Shown: positions 18,090 to 28,349, counted from the stretch's first letter. The stretch: 64,000 bases of DNA from a virus (IMGVR_UViG_3300032313_001158:331-64330), one strand, 5' to 3'. Translations and numbers: made by a program. Notes: generated from the sequence alone by a model not told the origin.

Positions 18090-18436
18090 ACAATCCGAAC
18101 ACGATTCTTTTCTGCACGAGCACTGTATAGTCGATGCCCGCGGCTTCTAAATAAATCTGCTGCCGTTTGAGGATCATCCTCAAACATTTGTTCTATATCT
18201 GTTTTTTGAATACTGTGATCACAGTCTATAGCATAAAGTTCATAATGCCTCTGACTATTAACACGAGCTCTAAGCAGCATGTTTTGTATCAATTGGTTAA
18301 GTGGATTACGCATCGGCTCTTGATTATTTAACACTCTAAATGTGTTATCTCTATCATAGTGTTCGTATTCAGTAATAGGAATCACACTTTCCAGGCCTTC
18401 ATTGCACCAGTAAACAAGATATGCATTAGTAGTCAT
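18086..18436 (-). CDS. hypothetical phage protein
   Basis: 116-aa ORF, ATGA-coupled on both sides. Confidence 0.7.
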   Translation of the reverse strand: MTTNAYLVYWCNEGLESVIPITEYEHYDRDNTFRVLNNQEPMRNPLNQLIQNMLLRARVNSQRHYELYAIDCDHSIQKTDIEQMFEDDPQTAADLFRSRGHRLYSARAEKNRVRIV

Positions 18437-18663
18437 AGATATTTCAATCTAAAAAATGTAGCAGCGTCTTCGTCGACAAAGTCCAAACGTATATCATTGA
18501 CCCAATGCCCATTAATTGGATTATGCCCTTGGTGACGACGTACAGTAAATCCCAAAGTTTCTTTAAGACGCCACGAAACCAAAGTTGTCACCTGACCATA
18601 GTCGTGATCTATCTTGTGCCGAATTACGGACCATCCGTAAGCATCGAGTACAATTGTAGTCAT
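18433..18663 (-). CDS. small phage protein, same family
   Basis: C-terminus LDFVDEDAATFFRLKYL; promoter TTGACC-N17-TATAAT at 18669-18697. Confidence 0.7.
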   Translation of the reverse strand: MTTIVLDAYGWSVIRHKIDHDYGQVTTLVSWRLKETLGFTVRRHQGHNPINGHWVNDIRLDFVDEDAATFFRLKYL

Positions 18664-18693
18664 ACTACATTATAGCAGCATATTTAGATTAGG

Positions 18694-19047
18694 TCAAGCT
18701 GTCCAGCCTTGTCCGGTTATCTCATGATACCAGGGATAAAATGGCGCAGGGACTACAAATTCCCAATCAGTGCTGATCCAATTGGTTGCAGGTTTAGCAA
18801 GATGCTGATATACAGGTAGCACTTCATGACCATTTATTGTTATTTTTGCAACTTCTACAGCACCGTTGCTGATTTTACAACAAAATTGCAATTCAGCTAA
18901 CAAACAAAAAGCAAATCGCATACTACGTACTATAGGTAAATCATTTACAGTAAATTTATATTCTGGATTGTCATGCTCACGTAATTCAACCGCAACTTCC
19001 AATTGATTTTCAATATCAATAACTGTAACTTCGTAAAAATTTTTCAT
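18694..19047 (-). CDS. hypothetical protein
   Basis: 117-aa ORF downstream of a radical SAM gene. Confidence 0.6.
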   Translation of the reverse strand: MKNFYEVTVIDIENQLEVAVELREHDNPEYKFTVNDLPIVRSMRFAFCLLAELQFCCKISNGAVEVAKITINGHEVLPVYQHLAKPATNWISTDWEFVVPAPFYPWYHEITGQGWTA

Positions 19048-20326
19048 AGTTTGGTAAATGGTCTAATATACTATTACCTCTAACGCTTTCAAACGCTTTG
19101 ATAAAATTAACAAGATCGTGTCTTGATTGTTCTGCATCCTGGGGCAATTGATAGGTGCAAATAAATTGATAGTAATCTAATATTACGTTCGAAATCACTT
19201 GATCGATCTTGTCTGTTCTTCTAATATTGATTACGGATTCTTTTGACAACTCATAATAATTAATTAGATTTTCTAATTTTTGTTTGATTTCAATACGTAT
19301 GTTATCCGGAATCAGTTCCATACGTAAATGTTTTGGATCATGCAGTATATTACAACTTTCAGCAATAACTTGATTTTCTATCATGTAAACAAAAAGTTTA
19401 TCTATTTCCCATATTGTAAACACATTAGGCGTAACACGTAAAGAAACATATAAACCAGAATTAAATTCTCTGAGGGTTAAAAATTTATCAATATTGGACA
19501 ATATACTATCAATACGTCCTGGCCAGCGAACATAATCGTTTAGTTTGGTCACAGACTCAATACTGATACCCAAATGAAATTGTTTAAAACTTTCAATGAA
19601 CTTCTGTATACGCTCGTTGTATATTGTGCCGTTTGTGGTTGTACCTATAATTATATCTTTGGCAAGATCATGTTTGATCAACTGTTCACATATGGTGTAA
19701 AACGATTCTTCATACAAAGTTTCGCCGCCCAAGAAATGTATGTATTGTATATTAGGAATATCAACTAGTTCGTCAACAAATCGTTGTACTAATTTTGGGT
19801 CTTGTGTCCATTGTGTGTATGCCGTGGGCTTGATGAACAACTGTGGATTGATCAAATTTAGTTTATGATATTCAGATTCAAGACGACTACTGGCTTCTGG
19901 ACCACACATGATACAGGCGCTGTTACAGGTGTTACCCAGTTCTATTTGTAAATCAACCGGTGCCATGTTGGCCAGACCATTGTTGTCTAGACTGTATTTA
20001 AAATTTTTATAATGAGGACTGCTTCTTGTTGTAAGAGCAAAATTTTCCGTATCAATTGCACTTTTAAGCAGTTGTCGACGACGTCCGTTAAGTTTGCCAA
20101 AAGATTCTTCATAGTAACAGGTCGAACAATGATCAGGCTTTTCCCCAGCGAGTAACTGTTGTCTTAACGAACGCATTTGCTCACTGTTGTAGTATTCCAT
20201 TACGGAACAATTTTGAAATGATTCAATTCTTTTGGGATTTTTGGCCCAGCGGCACGATTCAAAACTGCCGTCGTATGTGAGCCTTACATGAAACCATGGG
20301 CTAGAACAAAAAGTTTTTTCGAACAT
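19016..20326 (-). CDS. radical SAM protein with an N-terminal twitch/SPASM-like Fe-S motif
   Basis: CNSACIMC (CX3CX2C), FLGGET and TTNGT; N-terminal FCSSPW...SC...CSTC. Confidence 0.9.
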   Translation of the reverse strand: MFEKTFCSSPWFHVRLTYDGSFESCRWAKNPKRIESFQNCSVMEYYNSEQMRSLRQQLLAGEKPDHCSTCYYEESFGKLNGRRRQLLKSAIDTENFALTTRSSPHYKNFKYSLDNNGLANMAPVDLQIELGNTCNSACIMCGPEASSRLESEYHKLNLINPQLFIKPTAYTQWTQDPKLVQRFVDELVDIPNIQYIHFLGGETLYEESFYTICEQLIKHDLAKDIIIGTTTNGTIYNERIQKFIESFKQFHLGISIESVTKLNDYVRWPGRIDSILSNIDKFLTLREFNSGLYVSLRVTPNVFTIWEIDKLFVYMIENQVIAESCNILHDPKHLRMELIPDNIRIEIKQKLENLINYYELSKESVINIRRTDKIDQVISNVILDYYQFICTYQLPQDAEQSRHDLVNFIKAFESVRGNSILDHLPNYEKFLRSYSY

Positions 20327-21591
20327 CAGTCAATGATGCCAAAATTAGCCCAATTGGCGCCACCTAGACATATCCAGCCCAGCGGACCGCCAGGATTGGG
20401 ATTGGTATTCCATACCACGTGGCATCGTTCGCTAACAAAATTTGGAGGTGCACTACCGGTAGTAAATTGCATACTGCCTATTTTTAAATGATCTATTTGT
20501 GCAGAACCGTCATCCGATAATACAATGTTGTCTTTGTTGTTTGAAGTTAATACTAATTTTTGTTGCCTAGTAGTTCCCAACATACCTACGTCTCGAGATT
20601 TTTTCTTAACTACAACTTCTATTTCGTCATCCCATACACTTAGTGCAGCCGATGGTTCGATAGTATTGACACCCACACGACGTGGAGTGACGTAGAGTGT
20701 TTGTGCCAATAAGCTTTCGCCACTTACTCGTAATTCTTGTAGTTCGCCCAATGTTTGTAAGTTGCTGCTCACAATGCTGCTACCCAACGAGCTGCCACGA
20801 ACTACTTCAGTTCCATTTATTGTTATTCGATTTAGATCTAGTCCATCTTGATTTATTTTATTAAAAATCAAGGTACTGTATCTGTCAAACAGAGTATTAT
20901 CAAGTGTACCTAATGTGTTTGTTGTTGTTGAAGCCACCAATGTTTTAAAAAATTCAGTATCTTCGGGCACAGTTCCATTTACAACAAATTTGCCATTGAT
21001 CGTCATTGATCCATCAACTGTTAAATTTTTAGTTAATAAATTATTTTCGATTACAGTGTTGTCATCTAAAATTGTCAATGCAACTTGCGTGGCTCGATCA
21101 TCAATTCCGGTGCTACTAAAATTTTCAATAATACCACCACTGACATTGTCTCCGGTAATTTTAAGATCTAACAATTTTAGTGCTTTGGGGTCAATACTGT
21201 TGAATGGAAAAACAAATTCATTCATTCTATCAGCGACCAATGTACCAACTGAATCTGTAATTGCTCGCTGGAAATCAACTGTTGCCAATCGCTCTTGTAC
21301 CTGAGTCTCAACTAATGTTTTAGTTTGTTCTTGTGCTGAGTCAATTGTTTCGTTTATTTTATTTACAATTCTATTTTCTAATCGTTTTGGGTCAACAGTG
21401 TACTCGCCAACTCTGCGTTCAAATGCCACAGATGCAGCTTCTTGAATATGGGCAGCATAATCATATGCAGCCAATCTATTGTTGATAGCAGCACTGATAG
21501 CACTATCTACCCTTACCAATACATTGGAAGTGATATCTGCTACAAGGCCTTCAACTATTTTTGCTAAATGTGTGTTAAGATCCATTATCAA
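20326..21591 (-). CDS. probable virion fibre-like structural protein
   Basis: Coiled-coil N-terminus, SNLQTLGELQELRV and RVGVNTIEP fibre repeats, C-terminal GWIC...W..FG. Confidence 0.6.
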   Translation of the reverse strand: MIMDLNTHLAKIVEGLVADITSNVLVRVDSAISAAINNRLAAYDYAAHIQEAASVAFERRVGEYTVDPKRLENRIVNKINETIDSAQEQTKTLVETQVQERLATVDFQRAITDSVGTLVADRMNEFVFPFNSIDPKALKLLDLKITGDNVSGGIIENFSSTGIDDRATQVALTILDDNTVIENNLLTKNLTVDGSMTINGKFVVNGTVPEDTEFFKTLVASTTTNTLGTLDNTLFDRYSTLIFNKINQDGLDLNRITINGTEVVRGSSLGSSIVSSNLQTLGELQELRVSGESLLAQTLYVTPRRVGVNTIEPSAALSVWDDEIEVVVKKKSRDVGMLGTTRQQKLVLTSNNKDNIVLSDDGSAQIDHLKIGSMQFTTGSAPPNFVSERCHVVWNTNPNPGGPLGWICLGGANWANFGIID

Positions 21592-22312
21592 ATTGAATAC
21601 TAATTACATGCTCGTAATTTTTCTTGATCAAGCTTTTATACATTAAATTTTTGTGTACGTTAAATCCTACTGCACCTGCATCATGACTAAATTTTGCCAA
21701 CTGCTTAAAAAACATTGTTCTTCTTGAATATGGGCCGCTAGCTGTCAATTGGTTATCAGTTATTTGATACACATGACTTTGCCAACTATTTCTATCGGTC
21801 ATATTATGGTCATGGAATTCTAAAAATATATTGTTTGAACCGGCATTTTTTATCAGGGCCGGAATTGAAAACTCTTTATCTTTGAAATCTTGATTTTTAT
21901 AATCCCTACAAGTAGTTATCACATATTCCACAGCCAGGTCACAAATTTCTAAAACTTTTAATCGTTGATTGTTGTCGTTATCCGAAAAGGTAAAATACTC
22001 GTCCAGGGCAATAACTGAATCAAATTTCTTTTTGTACGAAGTCAATTTGTCACGAGATATATGGGTAAACTTGACACCTGCTTGTTGTAAATAATCTTGT
22101 ACATCTTTTGATATTTCAGTGATATATATATTTTGGGTAGTATCTACTAGAACGGCAGGATTGAATCCAACGTATAGTACGCTCGCTGGTGCAAAATTAT
22201 GAAAGAAAGCAATTTCATCAATTATTTCTTTTTTTCTTTTTAGAACTTCCGAGGGTTTGCTGTGTATCAAAAAAGCATTTAATAAACAATTGGTATAACT
22301 TTCAAAGCCCAT
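21575..22312 (-). CDS. methyltransferase-fold-like protein
   Basis: SVLYVGF and KKFDSVIAL resemble degenerate SAM-MTase motifs I and II. Confidence 0.45.
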   Translation of the reverse strand: MGFESYTNCLLNAFLIHSKPSEVLKRKKEIIDEIAFFHNFAPASVLYVGFNPAVLVDTTQNIYITEISKDVQDYLQQAGVKFTHISRDKLTSYKKKFDSVIALDEYFTFSDNDNNQRLKVLEICDLAVEYVITTCRDYKNQDFKDKEFSIPALIKNAGSNNIFLEFHDHNMTDRNSWQSHVYQITDNQLTASGPYSRRTMFFKQLAKFSHDAGAVGFNVHKNLMYKSLIKKNYEHVISIQFDNGS

Positions 22313-22340
22313 AGTAACCTTTTTATTTTTATATAATTAT

Positions 22341-23258
22341 TTATTGAGGTTGACGTATTAAATCCAAAGTAACGCAATGAAAGCCGCCGCCCAGTGTACG
22401 AGAATGACGTAATTCTAACGGAATCACGGTAAAATTATACATTTCTAGCATATTCATTAGGTTTGTTTGATGTTTGTCTACAATAACAGTTTCAGGGTTT
22501 ACTACCAACATGTTCATTGCTATCCATTTACTAGCATAAGGATATTCATAGAAGTTCTGTGCTACTACATCAGAAACCCAAACGACTTCCCAATTGTCAA
22601 ATACCCGGGGTAAATTATCTGCATTGACCCTACTGGCATTAACCATTACCAATCCTTCGCGTAATGGGACTATTGTGCTGTCAATGTGTACTCCAGAATA
22701 AAAATTACAAACTTCGATTGGAACATCGGGAAACTTTGTCTTTAACCATTTATATGCTTGTTGATTTCCACTGGCACTTTGTAAGTATAACATACTTTCG
22801 TTAAGACGTAAAACATTTGCGGCATCTAACGTCATGCCCGCATCTCTAGGCATACGATGTACTGTATCAGCACGATAGATAACTTGTTGTAATGCTTCAC
22901 TCTCCATGTCCCTACAAGGATACATCATGGCAGGATCAACTATGGTATTACCATATATCAACAATCGATCACGTGGGCAATAATTGTACATACCGCCACG
23001 CTGTTGAAAGTCAATTACATCAGGTCTGTGTACTGTAGCGCCACACATTTCAAGTGCGGATGCTAATAAATCTAAATCTTCATTGGCTTCGTCTATAATC
23101 CAGTCCGGTACCGGTCCACTGGGCACCGGAGTTTCTCGCCATGTAGTCTTTTCACTTTCTTGACTAAACACAGGATCATTGCTGGGCCAATTGGCAAAAT
23201 CAGCACGACCCACAACTACTTCTCGTAGTGAATCCCATTCGTTGTAACTATGAATCAT
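22341..23258 (-). CDS. amidinotransferase (glycine/inosamine-phosphate amidinotransferase family)
   Basis: SYNEWDSLREVVVG, CPRD, DAAN, HIDST and GGGFHCVTLD catalytic motifs; start MIHSYNE. Confidence 0.9.
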   Translation of the reverse strand: MIHSYNEWDSLREVVVGRADFANWPSNDPVFSQESEKTTWRETPVPSGPVPDWIIDEANEDLDLLASALEMCGATVHRPDVIDFQQRGGMYNYCPRDRLLIYGNTIVDPAMMYPCRDMESEALQQVIYRADTVHRMPRDAGMTLDAANVLRLNESMLYLQSASGNQQAYKWLKTKFPDVPIEVCNFYSGVHIDSTIVPLREGLVMVNASRVNADNLPRVFDNWEVVWVSDVVAQNFYEYPYASKWIAMNMLVVNPETVIVDKHQTNLMNMLEMYNFTVIPLELRHSRTLGGGFHCVTLDLIRQPQ

Positions 23259-23770
23259 ACATGTCCAGTGATCTGAAGTGTATAGCGAGGAGCAAATCCC
23301 ATGTTGTATGCACCGTGTAGTGCATTCCATGGCCATACCAAAGTAAATCCTGCAATCCAGTCCGAATATCCTTTACCGTCGCATTCAGCAAAGTGACCAG
23401 GAAGTCGATCTTCTAAGAAAATAACTGCACGTCTGATAGTGCTTTCTTTGCCTTTTAGATTGAAAAGTTCAATGTACTTACGGTATGTGTCAATATGATT
23501 GGGTAAACTACTACCGGGATCCATGCGATAATAACTTGTACCAATATCTTGCCAATGCTCGTACCGTTCAAAGAAGTCTATGAATTGTTGATTCCATGAG
23601 GGCTGTGGACTACGCATATCGCACATCCACCCGCCAAACGGTCCTCTAAATCCTCGATCTTCCCATTCAATTTGTGTAACAGGATCATTGAATTTTTCTT
23701 TTATATAGTCAAGACTTTTAAATTCATCGTCCCAAAATCGTGCAATATTAAACGAGTCGTGTGTTGCCAT
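23255..23770 (-). CDS. 2OG-Fe(II) oxygenase-like protein
   Basis: LPNHID (HxD), distal H in LHGAYN, and RYTLQ; start MATHDS. Confidence 0.75.
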   Translation of the reverse strand: MATHDSFNIARFWDDEFKSLDYIKEKFNDPVTQIEWEDRGFRGPFGGWMCDMRSPQPSWNQQFIDFFERYEHWQDIGTSYYRMDPGSSLPNHIDTYRKYIELFNLKGKESTIRRAVIFLEDRLPGHFAECDGKGYSDWIAGFTLVWPWNALHGAYNMGFAPRYTLQITGHV

Positions 23771-24977
23771 AGTGTATAACCTTATATTTGATGTGGTCTT
23801 TGGGATACTTCCTCCACGGATCAACAATCACACTGTCGGTCTCTAGATCGCAGTAAAATTCTTGATCAGTTTGATTACCAGTATATCCATAGGTAATTTC
23901 TCTATTGTGAGCTAAAAAAGCAATAACAGGCACACCAATAAATGGTGGCTCATCTCCGGTAAGCGGATCAATGTAAAAATACTTTGCTTGGATTTCTTCC
24001 AAGTAGTGGCCAATAAGCAAACTGTAACTGCCGTCGCAGTAATCAACATCAGGCTTGTATGCTTTGCCCATTATATAGATAGGTAAGTTGTTTTCAATTT
24101 GTATTCGTTTCAAATATCGAGCCAAATTCTTTGCCTGTTGTTCTCTGGCATGCATCACGGTATCAAAAATATCGTATCCAAGATGTAGATTCTCTGCTAG
24201 CCACCGTAGTGCAATGTTATCACGTGGATGACAAGGTCCTGCATCTCCCATGCCCGCAGTCATGTACTTGCTGCTCATGATACGTGTGGTGCTTGCTGCC
24301 AGTGCATCTGTGACTACATCTACATTGATATTACCGTTTTTCATGGCAACATCTTGTATCATGTTAACCAAGCCAATCTTGGTACTGATAAATGTATTGT
24401 AGAATATTTTAATTGACTCTGCTTCGTCCCATGTACCTACTACGTAGCGTGGATCGTTTTGCATTATGGGTCGATAGAAGTCTACTAGAGTTTTAGCATC
24501 ACCTGTTTCGCTACCATCTTCTGTACCAATAATAACCATCTCCGGATTGACCATGTCCCATTCTACACTGCCCATAGCAATAAGATAAGGATTATATATA
24601 AAACGTGGTACAGTAATGCAATCTCTAAGTTCTCTACGAACTGTGCCAGGTAATACTGTGGATATAAGCACTACAAGTTGATCAGGTCCGGCCCAGGTAT
24701 CAATATCTCGTAATACATCTTTAACTGTGGTATAGTTAAAATCTTTGTTGGGCAAGTGTGTAATTGGTTTAGATCCATCGTAGTCAGGATCATGTGGTGT
24801 TTGTACCGCAACAAATACAATGTCTTTACCTGCAACTGCACCGCGTAAACTATCTGATATTTTAATTCTGTTACTAGTTTTTGAGTAAATATCATACCCG
24901 GTGACAGAATAGTGATTGGCCATTGCTTCGGCACACGGCAATCCTAATTTACCTAATCCAATAAAACCTACTTTCAT
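23748..24977 (-). CDS. ugd: UDP-glucose/GDP-mannose 6-dehydrogenase
   Basis: GLGKLG Rossmann motif, AVQTP, STVLPGT, AESIK and catalytic GPCHPRD. Confidence 0.9.
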   Translation of the reverse strand: MKVGFIGLGKLGLPCAEAMANHYSVTGYDIYSKTSNRIKISDSLRGAVAGKDIVFVAVQTPHDPDYDGSKPITHLPNKDFNYTTVKDVLRDIDTWAGPDQLVVLISTVLPGTVRRELRDCITVPRFIYNPYLIAMGSVEWDMVNPEMVIIGTEDGSETGDAKTLVDFYRPIMQNDPRYVVGTWDEAESIKIFYNTFISTKIGLVNMIQDVAMKNGNINVDVVTDALAASTTRIMSSKYMTAGMGDAGPCHPRDNIALRWLAENLHLGYDIFDTVMHAREQQAKNLARYLKRIQIENNLPIYIMGKAYKPDVDYCDGSYSLLIGHYLEEIQAKYFYIDPLTGDEPPFIGVPVIAFLAHNREITYGYTGNQTDQEFYCDLETDSVIVDPWRKYPKDHIKYKVIHYGNTRLV

Positions 24978-24979
24978 TT

Positions 24980-26233
24980 ATGATCTCCGTTGAAAAATTT
25001 GTTAATGTAATTCATGAGCAATTACTTGATCCGTTATTAATTACGTCTTTTGGTTTCAGTCCCCGATATTCTACTGATCCAAAAAATTTTAGTAGCGCAT
25101 TTCTTCATACCAAATCATCTAGCGGAATGGGGAAAATGAATGGAAGATGTATTTGGTGGCATGAAGAACCTTTAAATTATATTGACTTAGATGGTATTCG
25201 ATATCAAGATGTTTATATGCCAGAAATGGAAATGTTATGCTATCGTTCAGCTGAATATACCGTTGCTCCCGGTCCACCTAGTCAACCCGGAATGCTTGCT
25301 CAGGCATATACTGTCAATTTTCATGTATTTGCTAACTCCGAAAAAAGTCCGTTGAAGAAACAATTTTTAAAAGATTGGCAGGTATACGATTGGTATTTCT
25401 TTTTTCACGGATTTGCTGCATTAAATTGGTTTAATGACTACAAGTACTTGAACTTTTCAAATTATAATCTAAGTAAAGTATTTATTTGTTTAAATTACCT
25501 AATAACGAATAATAGAAGTTATCGATTAAATTTGTTATCACACTTAAGACAAGCCAAATTAGAACCATATGGTTTTGTATCTGCTCCTCTGCTGAATAAA
25601 GATATAATTAAACAAGAGTTATTTGATCCAAATACTAAACTATCAGTGCCAGCTAAAAAACATATACTAAATCATTTAACAACAACTGCTGCTCCTATTG
25701 TTCTTGATGTTTGTAATTACAAAAGTGCCAGTGCTGATGTCATTGATCCTAAGTTCCAAGTTGAATCCTTGTGGAGTGTAGTCACAGAAACAGTATTTTA
25801 TGAAGATAAACTGCATTTAACTGAAAAGATTTTTAAGCCTATTGTGACTCGACGACCTTTTATCCTAGTAGGCGGTTTTGGAAATCTAGCGTATTTAAAA
25901 AGCTATGGGTTTAAAACATTCGATCGCTGGATTGACGAAAGTTACGACAACGAACAGGATCCCGACATTCGTATCAAATTGATAACAGATCAATTGAAAA
26001 TACTCTGTTCCATGCCATGGACAGATTTACTAAAAATGTACGAGGAAATGCAAGAGACTCTAGAGTTTAATCATCATCATTTTTATAACAAATTTAAAGA
26101 AATTATCGTCAATGAGCTGGTTGATAATTTCGAGATTTGTACTAAACAATACAACATGGGCTTGTCTAATAGGTTTAAACTACCCACAAAATACATTAAT
26201 TTTGAATCTGTTAAAAAACTTTTATTAAAATAA
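24980..26233 (+). CDS. putative glycosyltransferase-like protein (GT10-like TEK motif)
   Basis: VVTET...LTEKIFKPI...LKSYGFKTF...IDESYD; paralogue of 14749..15837. Confidence 0.6.
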   Translation: MISVEKFVNVIHEQLLDPLLITSFGFSPRYSTDPKNFSSAFLHTKSSSGMGKMNGRCIWWHEEPLNYIDLDGIRYQDVYMPEMEMLCYRSAEYTVAPGPPSQPGMLAQAYTVNFHVFANSEKSPLKKQFLKDWQVYDWYFFFHGFAALNWFNDYKYLNFSNYNLSKVFICLNYLITNNRSYRLNLLSHLRQAKLEPYGFVSAPLLNKDIIKQELFDPNTKLSVPAKKHILNHLTTTAAPIVLDVCNYKSASADVIDPKFQVESLWSVVTETVFYEDKLHLTEKIFKPIVTRRPFILVGGFGNLAYLKSYGFKTFDRWIDESYDNEQDPDIRIKLITDQLKILCSMPWTDLLKMYEEMQETLEFNHHHFYNKFKEIIVNELVDNFEICTKQYNMGLSNRFKLPTKYINFESVKKLLLK

Positions 26234-26238
26234 TATGG

Positions 26239-26991
26239 TTATGAATTAATCGAAGACAAGATCAGCTGTTCCATGTCTCGGATTCTGGTTCTTGTGCTGT
26301 TGCTGTTCAACACAATAAACAGTCTTTTTTTTCCGTTTACAAAAACACTCATTATTAAACAGCCGCCACTGGCGCGAACATATCCAGTTTTACTAACAAT
26401 CACATTATATTTAGCGACCAGCGGATTTGTATTAGCATATTTCCATTTTAAGATTTTTCTTTTAGTAGGTTGTAGTAATTCTCCTACATACTGATTACTG
26501 GCATGCACTATATGAGGATACTTTTCTGCCGCCATGAGTAATTTTATTAAATCTTTTGGAGTACTGACATTGCGATTATCAAGCCCGCTACTATCTTCAA
26601 ATTTGGTTTCTAACATACCCAATGTCAATGCTTTGTGATTCATATCATCAATGCAAGACTTATAACCCCTATGATAACTTTCGCACAACATCTGGGCAGC
26701 TTGATTGTCAGATTTTATTATCGCTAAATTGAGCAGTTGTTCTCTGGTGACAGACAGTCCTCTAAATTTTTTGCCAAGTGGTTGTTTAAGATTTTCGTTT
26801 GCATCAAGAATAACCATCACAGTCATAAGTTTGGTTATACTAGCAATTGGTTGTTTTATTTCAATATTTTCTGAATCAAGTATATTGCCTTCACCATCGG
26901 CTATCAGCCAAGACTTGGCTAAAATGTTTGCTGAATGAACAGGCAATGAAACAGCTACGAAGACTATAAAAGTAAATAATTTTTTTAACAT
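26239..26991 (-). CDS. D-alanyl-D-alanine carboxy/endopeptidase (peptidase S11, PBP7-like)
   Basis: Signal peptide; ASITK (SxxK), SDN and KTG motifs. Confidence 0.92.
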   Translation of the reverse strand: MLKKLFTFIVFVAVSLPVHSANILAKSWLIADGEGNILDSENIEIKQPIASITKLMTVMVILDANENLKQPLGKKFRGLSVTREQLLNLAIIKSDNQAAQMLCESYHRGYKSCIDDMNHKALTLGMLETKFEDSSGLDNRNVSTPKDLIKLLMAAEKYPHIVHASNQYVGELLQPTKRKILKWKYANTNPLVAKYNVIVSKTGYVRASGGCLIMSVFVNGKKRLFIVLNSNSTRTRIRDMEQLILSSINS

Positions 26992-27008
26992 TGATTCTAA
27001 AATACTAT

Positions 27009-27170
27009 TTAGTGGTAGTCTTTTGCCAGATCTTCACAAAAGTATTCCATTATCAAAAATCCTGCAACAGATATAATTGTCCCAAACAGGCTAGGAATAT
27101 TAAAACTCAAGAGTAACAGGCAATAGAAATAAATTCTCAAGCCCCAGGTAAGTAAATTAGGTATATCCAT
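27009..27170 (-). CDS. small two-TM membrane protein (53 aa, not in ORF track)
   Basis: MDIPNLLTWGLRIYFYCLLLLSF... Confidence 0.5.
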   Translation of the reverse strand: MDIPNLLTWGLRIYFYCLLLLSFNIPSLFGTIISVAGFLIMEYFCEDLAKDYH

Positions 27171-27288
27171 TGATAATGTTAATCACTTCCTCTATATGAA
27201 GATTGAGTGTCTTTGCAATTTTTACCATACTGTATCCCTGATTGTGGAGATCAAGTACCAATTTAATCATTGAACTATGCGAACCCAT
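27157..27288 (-). CDS. small HTH-like protein (43 aa, not in ORF track)
   Basis: LHNQGYSMVKIAKTLNLHIEEV helix-turn-helix pattern. Confidence 0.5.
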   Translation of the reverse strand: MGSHSSMIKLVLDLHNQGYSMVKIAKTLNLHIEEVINIINGYT

Positions 27289-27434
27289 TTTCTACTTTAT
27301 GCCTTTCAATGATGCGTTTTACCTCGTCAATGTCGTATCTTAGATTTAGGCATATATGTTCTGCCAGATAACTGTGTTCAAAATACATACGTACAACCAA
27401 GTCCGCATTTGCTGCAAATGTATATTTAATTTCT

Positions 27435-28202
27435 TTATCTTTCACAATCAACCCATTTTAAATTATTGTATTGCTTGTAACCCCAAGAACCTTTTGGTAT
27501 TAAGCATGTTCCTAATTCGGGACGTTCAACTTTACGAAGTTCTATTACACTCCAAATCAATACACAAAGATAAAGTATAGATATTACTACAATACCCCAG
27601 GTTGTGATTTTTTCTTTTATGATCTTAATTCGCCCGGCTTTTCTTTCTGCGGCTTTTTTATCGTTTATTTTTTTTGCAGCCCACGCAGCAGCCTGTTGCT
27701 TTTTCATCTGCTGCATCATCTTCTCAACTCTGCCGTAAAGATCGCCTAACTCTTTGGGACAGTTATAGACCATGAGCTCACGCAATTCGGCCTGCATGGC
27801 AACTAATTTACTTTCCATGAGAACCCGTTGTAAAGCTCTTTTGCCTAGACTGACTTCTCCAGTATAAACTTCATTGTCGTGTTTTGCTTCTTCCTCAAAG
27901 ATAGCAGAACATTTGGCATAGTTTTCAAAGTACGCACCAAGTTCTTCGCCGATCATTGTATAAATATCATCAGGTTGCTTTTTGCTAAGTTCAATGATTC
28001 GATTTTTTTCTTCTACATACTGATTTTTTTCAGTTACAGTAGGTCTTTTATCTTTGAACTTTTCATTAAATTGCTGATCTAAATCTGCAAGAACGCCTTT
28101 GACATCGCCGGCGACACTTTGTATTTCTTTATATAAGGCACAGCCTTTTTTGACAGCAGCAACGGCACCATTGGCCAGGGCGAAGAGGGTTAATGGATCC
28201 AT
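27435..28202 (-). CDS. coiled-coil membrane protein of unknown function
   Basis: MDPLTLFALA N-terminus, long helices, C-terminal TM and a short Cys-pair domain. Confidence 0.75.
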   Translation of the reverse strand: MDPLTLFALANGAVAAVKKGCALYKEIQSVAGDVKGVLADLDQQFNEKFKDKRPTVTEKNQYVEEKNRIIELSKKQPDDIYTMIGEELGAYFENYAKCSAIFEEEAKHDNEVYTGEVSLGKRALQRVLMESKLVAMQAELRELMVYNCPKELGDLYGRVEKMMQQMKKQQAAAWAAKKINDKKAAERKAGRIKIIKEKITTWGIVVISILYLCVLIWSVIELRKVERPELGTCLIPKGSWGYKQYNNLKWVDCER

Positions 28203-28349
28203 AACCCCCGCCCCTTATGTGATACTATTATAACCCTGTTTATCGGGCTAAACATTTGTGATCCTTTGTAATTATTTTTGATGGACCAATAGTAATCGAA
28301 CTTATTATTACTTATTTTGATTAAAGTAAAAAAGCTCTTAGGGGGCGGA

